Positions 37,686 through 45,602 of a stretch of DNA of 64,000 bases are shown here, piece by piece. Within the stretch, counting starts at the first letter, position 1, and each line of letters starts with the position of its first letter. Below the pieces are notes generated by a model. It had not been told where the DNA came from. It saw only the letters and a program-made list of their open reading frames with translations, and searched no databases. A program made the translations under genes and the position numbers. Source of the stretch: a candidate division FCPU426 bacterium (GTDB taxonomy: Bacteria > Oederibacteriota > Muellerivitia > Muellerivitales > Muellerivitaceae). The DNA is taken from the NCBI GenBank assembly GCA_030041545.1, contig JASHNQ010000059.1:16222-80221 (forward strand). Direction: 5' to 3'.

Positions 37686-40600
37686 CAACCGCTTCTTTCG
37701 TATCCATTGACCTGGAAGTCGGCCGCGACAGCGGACGCATCCACCAGTTGGCTGGGGTACATAGCAATGGCATCGCCTCCCTTGCCTTTCCGCCCGGTAC
37801 GCTGTCTGATGCGCTTGATGCCTTGGATCGCCTCGCCGACGGCGCTACATTTGTTATCGGGCACAACCTGATCGCCTTCGACTTGCCGCAGTTGCGCGCG
37901 GCCCAGCCCAATCTGCGGCTACTGGATAAACCCGCGGTTGATACGCTACGCCTCAATCCCCTAGCCTTCCCGCGAAACCCCTACCACCACCTCGTCAAGC
38001 ACTACCAGGACGGCGCCTTGCTCGGCAACCGCCGCAATAATCCATTTTTGGACGCTGAACTCGCCTTGCAAGTCTTTGCCGACCAACACGCCAGCCTGAA
38101 AGCGATGCAGCACACCATGCCCGACTTGTTGCTCGCGTGGCATTGGCTGACAGCCCAGAATGACGGTGTTGGCGGATTTGATCGCTTCTTTACCGAAGTT
38201 CGCGGCACCGGCAAGCCGGATGCGGCACAGGTTGGGGCTGCATTTAGCCGTTTGCTGGACAACACGGCCTGCACACGAGCCAGTGCAAAAATCATCTCCG
38301 AAGCGGCGCAATCCCCCTGGTCTTTGGCCTATGCACTCGCCTGGATATCCGTGGCGGGGGGTAATTCGGTGGTGTCGCCGTGGGTGCGTCACCAGTTCCC
38401 TGAAACTGGACGGTTGATCCGGGCCCTGCGCGACACGCCCTGCGCCGATCCGGCCTGCGCCTGGTGCCGACGCGAACACGACTCTCTGGCCCAGTTGAAG
38501 CAGTGGTACGGCAAGGATTACGACTTTCGCTCCGAGCCGGTGGATAAGTCCAGCGGCCTGCCCTTGCAGCGGGTGATCGTCGAAGCGGCAATTCGCGGCG
38601 AGCACGCGTTAGGCATTTTGCCCACCGGCACCGGTAAGTCGCTGTGTTACCAGGTGCCCGCCCTGTCGCGTTTCGTGCGCACCGGAGCGTTGTCCATCGT
38701 CATCTCGCCATTGGTGGCGCTGATGGAAGACCAAGTAATGGGACTCCGCGAGCGCGGCATCGAAGGCTGCGCGGCGATCAACGGCCTGTTGTCCATGCCC
38801 GAGCGCGCGGACGTGCTGGACCGGGCACGCCTGGGTGATGTCGGCATCCTCCTCATCGCGCCGGAGCAGTTGCGCAACAAGAGCGTGCGAAAAGTTCTGG
38901 CACAGCGCGAGATCGGCGCTTGGATTTTCGACGAGGCCCACTGCCTGTCTAAGTGGGGACAGGATTTTCGCCCCGATTACCGTTATGTCGCCCGCTTCAT
39001 TCGTGAAAGCGCCGAGGCCAGTCCAAGCGGCGAACTGCCGCTGATCCAATGCCTGACCGCCACTGCCAAGCCCGAGGTCGTGGCCGACATCGTGGGCCAC
39101 TTCCGCGAAAGACTTGGTGTGGAGCTGCGCGTGTTCGACGGCGGATCGAAGCGTGACAACCTCGAATTCGATGTGATCGAAACCACCCCCGGCCAAAAAT
39201 TCGACCAAGTCGCCCACCTGATCGAGCGCGACTTGCCCGCCGGAATGTTCGGCGGGGCCATCGTTTACTGCGCCACGCGCAACCGGACGGAAGACCTGGC
39301 CGGTTTTCTGTGCGAAAAAGGGATGGCTGCCGCCCCTTACCACGCGAAATTGAAACCGGAAACCAAGAAGGAGACGCAGAAAGCATTCATTATGGGTACG
39401 CTACGCGTCATCGCGGCGACCAATGCTTTCGGCATGGGGATCGACAAGCCCGACGTGCGTCTTGTCGTCCATGCCGACATTCCCGGCTCGCTGGAAAATT
39501 ATTTGCAGGAGGCAGGCCGCGCCGGGCGTGACCGCGCACAGGCGCGCTGCGTGCTGCTCTACGCCCCCGATGACGTAGAGCGCCAGCACGGCATGTCGGC
39601 GGCCTCTCGCCTGTCGCGGCGCGACATCCAGAGCGTACTGCGCGCCTTGCGCCAGTTGCAGCGCAAGAAGGAACGCGATCAGGCGCTGGTCGCCACTGCC
39701 GGTGAAATCCTGAACGAGAATGAAGAAGGCGAGTTCAAACGCGACGGTGCCACCGACGACACCCGCGTGCGCACAGCCGTCGCGTGGCTGGAGGAAGCCG
39801 GATTGTTGCGCCGCGAGGAAAACACGGTTCAAATCTTCCCTTCGTCGCTCCGTGTCAAAAACCTGGCCGACGCTGAGCGCAAGCTGGCGGGCGTCGATGC
39901 CATATACCGCCAGAAATGCCTGGACCTGGTCCAAATCCTGTTGGCCGCCCCAGCGAATGAAGGACTGTCCACCGACGAACTAATGGCAGCCACCGGCCTT
40001 CATGCCGATGCCCTGCGCGAAACCCTGTTCCTTTTCGACCGCCTGGACATTGCCGGCAACGACACGGCGATGACCGCCTACGTCCACGTCGCGGTCGAAA
40101 ATTCGTCGAAGAAACGTTTTGACGAAGCCTGCGCGTTGGAGCAGGCCGTGATCGCCGCCCTACGGGAAGAAGCACCCGACCTCGGGGCGGGCGACGCCTC
40201 GCCGTTGCACCTGCGCCTGCTGGCCCAGCGGCTGAAAGACCAGGGCTTTCCTGCGCTGCCCCAACGGCTGCGCCAGGTCATCGCTGGGCTGGCGGGTGAC
40301 GGTCGCGACGGCGAGGATGGCAAGGGAAGCCTTACCTTGAAGCGCGGTGCCGATCCCGAGACGATTCATGTCACGCTCAACCGTCCATGGAACACTCTGG
40401 AAAAGATTGCCGAGCGTCGCCGCAGCGCCGCCCGAAGGCTGCTGGAGCATTGGCTGTCCGCCCTGCCGCAAGGTGCACGCGGCGTCGATCAACTGGCGGA
40501 AACCACGCTCGGCAAACTAACCGCCAGCGTCGCGGGCGATGCCATCCTCTCCGCCGAAACCCCGGACATACGCAAGCTAGTCGATCGGGCTCTGCTATGG

Positions 40601-42778
40601 CTGCACGAGCAGGAAGTGCTACGCCTGAACAAGGGGCTGGCCATCTTTCGCGCCGCAATGACTTTACATCTGGAACCCAACTGGAAGTTGCAATTTGAAA
40701 AAAACAACTACCAGCCACTGGCCATGCACTACGACGAACTGACCCGGCAAATCCACATCATGGCGGAATACGCCGAGCTTGGCGTCAAGAAAATGGCCGA
40801 TGCTCTGCGCCTGGCGGTGGACTATTTCCGCCTGTCACGCGAGGAGTTTTGTCGGCGATGGCTGCCGGGCCGCGAAGACGAACTAACCCGCCAGACCACG
40901 CCCCAGTCCTGGGACACCATCGTCGAAACCCTGTCCCGACCTCACCAACGCAGGATCGTCGCCGATGACCGGGAGGACACCAACGTGCTGGTGCTTGCCG
41001 GACCCGGCTCGGGCAAGACCCGCGTGCTCGTCCACCGCATCGCCTACCTAGTGCGTATACGCCGCGAAAACCCCCGGGCCATTCTGGCCCTGGCCTACAA
41101 CCGCCATGCGGCGCTGGAGATCCGCAAGCGATTGATAGAACTCATCGGCGGCGACGCACGCGGCGTCACTGTGCACACCTGCCACGGACTGGCCATGCGC
41201 CTGATGGGTGCGAGCTTTGCAAATCGCAGAGGCGAGGATGCCGACTTCGACGCCGTTCTGAAGGAGGCAACAGCCCTGCTCGAAGGCCACGGCTTGCCGC
41301 CGGAAGATGCCGACGTTCAGCGCGACCGCCTGCTGGCGGGTTTTCGCTGGATATTGGTGGACGAGTACCAGGATATCGACCCCGGCCAGTACGCGCTGAT
41401 CTCGGCGCTGGCTGGGCGCAAGCGCAACGACGAGGATGGACGCCTCAACCTGTTCGCGGTGGGCGATGACGATCAGAACATCTACGCTTTTGCGGGTGCC
41501 TCGGTAGAGTTCATCCGCCGCTTTACCGAGGACTACAAGGCCAAAACGGAACTCCTGGTCGAAAACTACCGCAGCACACGCCACATCATCGACGCCGCCA
41601 ACCGCGTGATAATCCGTGCTGCGTCGCGGATGAAGACTGAAGCGATCCGAGTAAACACCGCCCGCGCCCAATGCGCGCCTGGCGGCGATTGGCAACGGAT
41701 CGACCCTGTGGTACAGGGCCGCGTACAGATACTCCCCACTGGCAACAGCGCGCAACAGCAGGCACTGGCCATCTACACCGAACTGCGGCGCATGATGGCG
41801 CTTGGCCTCGATCCAGCCAAAACGGCGGTCATCGCCCGCCAGTGGAAATTCCTCGATCCCCTGCGCGCGGCGCTGGAAGCCGCCGATATCCCCGTCGCTA
41901 TGGCCGATGAAGAGGCGCCACTCCTGTGGCGTTTACGCGAAACGCAGGCGCTGCTGGCTTTTCTCGATGAACGGCAAACAGCTTCCGGCTCCCGGTTGCT
42001 CAAAGCGGATGACCTTCAATCCTGGCTGGCAACGCAGGACAGCACGGGCTGGTGGCCCATGCTCAGCGAAGCCATAGCCGCCTTTGCCGAGGACACCCAG
42101 GGTGCGGAAGTATTGCTTGCCTCCTTCCGCGACTGGTTGGCCGAATGGGGCCGCGCTAGCCGCCGCCTGCAAACCGGCATCCTGCTTCTGACCGCGCACC
42201 GCGCTAAAGGGCTGGAGTTCGACCATGTGTTCATTCTTGACGGCGAATGGCAGGCCGGCAAGAACGAGGATCAGGATGGGGCGCGACGCCTCTATTACGT
42301 CGCCATGACCCGCGCCCGCGCCACCCTGGCGCTGGCGCGCATGAATACGGGGAATGCCATGCTCGATGGCCTGGCTGATCATCCTGCCCTGTTGCGCCGT
42401 CCTCTAACGCAATGGTTGCCACCCCCCGGACCAATGGAACGCTATTATCGGATGCCCGGACTGGAAGAGATCAACCTCGGTTTCGCGGGTCGGCAGGACG
42501 TAGGCCACCGGGTGCACCGCGCCATCGCCAGCCTACGCATTGGTGATGCGCTGCGCTACGTCGGGGACGAACTGGGTCATCGGCTCGAAAACACGTCCGG
42601 CGTGACCGTCGGGCGCTTGTCGAAAAATTTCGAACCGCCGCCCGGATTGCGTTGCCAAGCGGCTCGGGTGCGCGCCATTCTGGTCTGGCGCAAATCTGAC
42701 AGCGCGCCGGAATATCAGGCCCAATGCCGCAGTGAAACTTGGGAAGTCGTTCTGCCGGAACTGGTTTTCGCACCTTGA
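37682..42778 (+). CDS. fusion protein: DnaQ-like 3'-5' exonuclease + RecQ-family helicase + UvrD/PcrA-family helicase (WRN-like with extra SF1 helicase)
   Basis: ATG overlaps the abiEii stop (ATGA at 37682-37685). Exo motifs FVSIDLEV and GHNLIAFDLPQL. RecQ motifs ILPTGTGKSLCYQVPAL, DEAHCLSKWGQDFRPDY, LTATA, HADIPGSLENYLQEAGRAGRD. UvrD motifs LAGPGSGKTRVLVHRIAYLV, ILVDEYQDIDP, VGDDDQNIYAFAG, ENYRST, LLTAHRAKGLEFDHVFI, YYVAMTRAR. Confidence 0.85.
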   Translation: MTTASFVSIDLEVGRDSGRIHQLAGVHSNGIASLAFPPGTLSDALDALDRLADGATFVIGHNLIAFDLPQLRAAQPNLRLLDKPAVDTLRLNPLAFPRNPYHHLVKHYQDGALLGNRRNNPFLDAELALQVFADQHASLKAMQHTMPDLLLAWHWLTAQNDGVGGFDRFFTEVRGTGKPDAAQVGAAFSRLLDNTACTRASAKIISEAAQSPWSLAYALAWISVAGGNSVVSPWVRHQFPETGRLIRALRDTPCADPACAWCRREHDSLAQLKQWYGKDYDFRSEPVDKSSGLPLQRVIVEAAIRGEHALGILPTGTGKSLCYQVPALSRFVRTGALSIVISPLVALMEDQVMGLRERGIEGCAAINGLLSMPERADVLDRARLGDVGILLIAPEQLRNKSVRKVLAQREIGAWIFDEAHCLSKWGQDFRPDYRYVARFIRESAEASPSGELPLIQCLTATAKPEVVADIVGHFRERLGVELRVFDGGSKRDNLEFDVIETTPGQKFDQVAHLIERDLPAGMFGGAIVYCATRNRTEDLAGFLCEKGMAAAPYHAKLKPETKKETQKAFIMGTLRVIAATNAFGMGIDKPDVRLVVHADIPGSLENYLQEAGRAGRDRAQARCVLLYAPDDVERQHGMSAASRLSRRDIQSVLRALRQLQRKKERDQALVATAGEILNENEEGEFKRDGATDDTRVRTAVAWLEEAGLLRREENTVQIFPSSLRVKNLADAERKLAGVDAIYRQKCLDLVQILLAAPANEGLSTDELMAATGLHADALRETLFLFDRLDIAGNDTAMTAYVHVAVENSSKKRFDEACALEQAVIAALREEAPDLGAGDASPLHLRLLAQRLKDQGFPALPQRLRQVIAGLAGDGRDGEDGKGSLTLKRGADPETIHVTLNRPWNTLEKIAERRRSAARRLLEHWLSALPQGARGVDQLAETTLGKLTASVAGDAILSAETPDIRKLVDRALLWLHEQEVLRLNKGLAIFRAAMTLHLEPNWKLQFEKNNYQPLAMHYDELTRQIHIMAEYAELGVKKMADALRLAVDYFRLSREEFCRRWLPGREDELTRQTTPQSWDTIVETLSRPHQRRIVADDREDTNVLVLAGPGSGKTRVLVHRIAYLVRIRRENPRAILALAYNRHAALEIRKRLIELIGGDARGVTVHTCHGLAMRLMGASFANRRGEDADFDAVLKEATALLEGHGLPPEDADVQRDRLLAGFRWILVDEYQDIDPGQYALISALAGRKRNDEDGRLNLFAVGDDDQNIYAFAGASVEFIRRFTEDYKAKTELLVENYRSTRHIIDAANRVIIRAASRMKTEAIRVNTARAQCAPGGDWQRIDPVVQGRVQILPTGNSAQQQALAIYTELRRMMALGLDPAKTAVIARQWKFLDPLRAALEAADIPVAMADEEAPLLWRLRETQALLAFLDERQTASGSRLLKADDLQSWLATQDSTGWWPMLSEAIAAFAEDTQGAEVLLASFRDWLAEWGRASRRLQTGILLLTAHRAKGLEFDHVFILDGEWQAGKNEDQDGARRLYYVAMTRARATLALARMNTGNAMLDGLADHPALLRRPLTQWLPPPGPMERYYRMPGLEEINLGFAGRQDVGHRVHRAIASLRIGDALRYVGDELGHRLENTSGVTVGRLSKNFEPPPGLRCQAARVRAILVWRKSDSAPEYQAQCRSETWEVVLPELVFAP

Positions 42779-42828
42779 TCGGCGGTGCACAAGTCGCACG
42801 AAATTAACCTGACTTTCGCAACTAAAGA

Positions 42829-42912
42829 GTGTGACCAAATAGGTTTTTTGGCATGCCCGTGGGGCGATTAAGGAAAAGCCAAGGATGAAAACGGCTAAAT
42901 ACTTTTTCATAA
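42829..42912 (-). pseudogene. orphan duplicate of the signal-peptide coding segment of the downstream Thr/Pro-rich protein gene
   Basis: About 84 nt with about 90% identity to 43651-43733. Encodes MKKYLAVFILGFSLIAPRACQKTYLVT against MKKYLAVFILGFSLTAPWACKRTYLVT. Downstream reading frame is antisense to the helicase 3' end. Confidence 0.45.
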
Positions 42913-42940
42913 TGGAATGGCCCTATCGGGAGGGCCTGGC

Positions 42941-43732
42941 TTATACGGAAATGGCGGAAGAACCCACCTGCCATTGGACCGGCAGGTTCATCAGTGGCAC
43001 GACGACGGCCACGTACCCGTACGGTATTAGGGGTGCGGGAGTCGAGGTTAGCTCAGAGTAAACCAAAAAAACACTAACTGTCACTTGGGTGGCGTTCCAA
43101 CAAACGCTCAAAACTCCGACGCCAGTGGTGGGGTTGGTCGGAGGCTCGTATACAAGAACCATTTGGGTGGAAAAATCCACGGCCGGGGGCGTGGAGGACC
43201 CATAAATCGACTGCCAGGCGGCTTGATTGGTAATGACCAGGGTCGTTCCTGAAACTGGTTGACCGGGCGCAATGGGGACAAAGTCACCGGCGGTGAGGGG
43301 GGCGTAAGGGACGTTCCAAGTGGGCATGGAGACCGACGTGAATCCGCAATTGGTGGCGATCGGGGTGAAGGTAACTGTTGGTGTGGAAGTCGTCGTAGGC
43401 GTATTGGTCCAAGTGGGGGTAGGGGTGGGTGGGACCTGGGTATTGGTCGGCGAGGGAGTCGGGGTGGCGGTGGAAGTAAAGCTTGGTGTAAAAGTGGAAA
43501 GGGTGGAAGGCGTAAAGGTGGGCGTGGAAGTGGGCGTGGGCGATGGCGCGGCCGTTATTGAAGTCGTCAGGAAATAATAAGTGTAAATGGGGGAAGGCGA
43601 AAAACTAGGCGTGGGCGATGGTGTGGCCGCCATTGAAGTCGGCGACAGGGGTGTGACCAAATAGGTTCTTTTGCATGCCCATGGTGCGGTTAAGGAAAAG
43701 CCAAGGATGAAGACGGCTAAATATTTTTTCAT
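42941..43732 (-). CDS. secreted Thr/Pro-rich repetitive protein
   Basis: Signal peptide, long TPTPT/STPT low-complexity linker, beta-rich C-terminal domain. Confidence 0.55.
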   Translation of the reverse strand: MKKYLAVFILGFSLTAPWACKRTYLVTPLSPTSMAATPSPTPSFSPSPIYTYYFLTTSITAAPSPTPTSTPTFTPSTLSTFTPSFTSTATPTPSPTNTQVPPTPTPTWTNTPTTTSTPTVTFTPIATNCGFTSVSMPTWNVPYAPLTAGDFVPIAPGQPVSGTTLVITNQAAWQSIYGSSTPPAVDFSTQMVLVYEPPTNPTTGVGVLSVCWNATQVTVSVFLVYSELTSTPAPLIPYGYVAVVVPLMNLPVQWQVGSSAISV

Positions 43733-44004
43733 ATCGGCATCCTGCGCTGAGACATACATTTTTAAGCTTATAGACGGTCGTGTCAAGTTCGGCCGCGATC
43801 CATGGAGTCCACGACCAGCTATCGAACCTAAAAAAACGCAATTTCAGGGCCTTTGTATCATTAAACTTCCATCGCTTTCGCTTACGCCTTTTCCGGCTGG
43901 AACCAGCTGAGTACACAAAGTAAGTCGAAAATGTCTTGAAAAAGAATTCGGTTTACTTCGTGGTCTTCGTGTACTTCGTGGTGAGAGAGGTTTTGAAACA
44001 GGTT

Positions 44005-44460
44005 CTAGTCTTTCCATCGGTTCCCCAGGTACCGGCATCCCCCGGGCCATTGGTTAGCCAATCCTTCCAGGATTTCCGCTTTCACGTCCGGGGTAACCGA
44101 CATTCCTCCAAAGTCCTTCAGCGGATGGAAGGCGGCGCTCTTTAAAATCGCGTCGGGCGTCACATGGATGTTGAAATGGCGCGCGGAAACCAGGAAATAA
44201 AGGTTCAATACCTGCCGGTGGCGGTTGGGCGGAATGGAATCGTGAGCCAGAACCAGTTTCCCGACCTGGATGGGGAGGCCCACTTCCTCCCGGAATTCCC
44301 GGATGAGGGCCTCCTCCACGCTTTCGCCGAAATCAACGCCGCCACCAGGAAGAAGCCAATAACTTTTGCCATTTTTTTCGTGGCGGACAAGCAGGATTTC
44401 CCCGTCTTTGACGAGGATTCCCGCGGCGCGGATGCGGATATTTTGCAAAAAATCCTCCAT
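44005..44460 (-). CDS. NUDIX hydrolase
   Basis: NUDIX box GGGVDFGESVEEALIREFREEVGL. Confidence 0.75.
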   Translation of the reverse strand: MEDFLQNIRIRAAGILVKDGEILLVRHEKNGKSYWLLPGGGVDFGESVEEALIREFREEVGLPIQVGKLVLAHDSIPPNRHRQVLNLYFLVSARHFNIHVTPDAILKSAAFHPLKDFGGMSVTPDVKAEILEGLANQWPGGCRYLGNRWKD

Positions 44461-44559
44461 CCGCCAGGCTGTCGGCGGATGCCCTCCGAAGCCTTGGCGA
44501 AGGAGGGCAAAAAGGCCCCACAGGCTATGCCCGTGGGGCTCCATTGAAAATTCAGGTTG

Positions 44560-45504
44560 TCAGCTTTCTCCGGCTGCCATTATTTTATCGATTTCATCCA
44601 CAGCCTTCCCCATGTTTTCGTAATCATCCAGGTTGATCCACCGAACTTTATGCTGGTGCTTGAACCATGTCCACTGGCGCTTGGCGTATTGGCGCGTGCG
44701 GCGGAACATCCTTTCCAAGGCCTCCCCTTCCCGCAGTTCCCCCTTTTGGAAGGCCAGGGCTTCGGCGTAGCCGATGGCGCCCCAAATCGGATGGTCCGGG
44801 GCCAGGCCCCTGCCGGAAAGCCTTTGGGCTTCCTCCAAAAGGCCGTTTTTCCACATGGATTCCACCCGGGCCCTCAACATCAAGTCCAGGCGGTCCCGGG
44901 AGCGCTCTAAACCCAAAAATAAAACCACTGGATCGCCCAAGGGCCGGTAACCCGCGTCCTCCGACCCCTTTTCGTAGGTCTTTTCCAAGGCCCGACAGAG
45001 CCGCTGGAGATCGTTGGAATGGAGCCTTCGGGCGGCCGCGGGATCCCTTTCCTCCAACCAGGCATGGGCCTTTTCATTTCCCAATTTCAGGACCTTCGCT
45101 AAAACCCAGGCCCGGACTTCCGGCAGGGGAGCCTTGCCTTGCGGGGGGCCTTCCACGAGGGCGCGCAGGTAAAAGCCCGATCCTCCCACGAGGATGAAGC
45201 GTTTCCCATGGTTTTGTCCTTCCTGGAGGACGCGGCTGGCCTCCCGTGCGAACTCCACGGCGTTCCAAGCTTTGCGGGGATCCCGCGTGCCCACCAGATG
45301 GTGCGGAATTTCCTTTTGCCATTCTTTTGGAGGCTGCGCCGTACCCACCTCCAAACCCCGGTAGACCTGGAAAGCATCCGCCGAAAGGATTTCGGCCTTC
45401 CATCTTTTGGCCAGGAGGAACGCCGCTTCCGATTTACCGACGCCGGTGGGCCCCACCAGGATGGGTAGTTTTAAGTTTTGAGTTCCGGGTTTTGAGTTTT
45501 TCAA
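44560..45504 (-). CDS. miaA: tRNA dimethylallyltransferase
   Basis: P-loop GPTGVGKS, typical MiaA length, position downstream of mutL. The first 13 codons overlap a repeat element, so the start is uncertain. Confidence 0.85.
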   Translation of the reverse strand: MKNSKPGTQNLKLPILVGPTGVGKSEAAFLLAKRWKAEILSADAFQVYRGLEVGTAQPPKEWQKEIPHHLVGTRDPRKAWNAVEFAREASRVLQEGQNHGKRFILVGGSGFYLRALVEGPPQGKAPLPEVRAWVLAKVLKLGNEKAHAWLEERDPAAARRLHSNDLQRLCRALEKTYEKGSEDAGYRPLGDPVVLFLGLERSRDRLDLMLRARVESMWKNGLLEEAQRLSGRGLAPDHPIWGAIGYAEALAFQKGELREGEALERMFRRTRQYAKRQWTWFKHQHKVRWINLDDYENMGKAVDEIDKIMAAGES

Positions 45505-45595
45505 GATGTATTCTAGGCCGGCAAAAATCCCTGGTTTTGAACCTTTGGTTCAAAACATACAATAACTCAAAACCCTGAACTCAAAACTTAAAACT
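45467..45595. repeat. intergenic inverted-repeat (MITE/REP-like) element (family copy 2) between mutL and miaA
   Basis: Terminal inverted repeats AGTTTTAAGTTTTGAGTTCCGGGTTTTGAGTT / AACTCAAAACCCTGAACTCAAAACTTAAAACT. Internal palindrome GGTTTTGAACC-TTT-GGTTCAAAAC. Confidence 0.5.
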
Positions 45596-45602
45596 GCCGT
45601 TC

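Noticed and set aside
42533-42910. 125-aa minus-strand ORF starting MKKYLAVFILGFSL
   Set aside because: Only the first 27 codons are a duplicated signal-peptide segment. The remainder is Arg-rich sequence antisense to the helicase 3' end, so it is reported as a pseudogene fragment rather than a gene.
43259-43577. Periodic nucleotide repeats and plus-strand ORFs (GVGVG-like translations)
   Set aside because: This is the reverse complement of the TPTPT/STPT low-complexity linker of the minus-strand secreted protein. It is not a CRISPR array (no spacer/repeat alternation) and not an independent gene.
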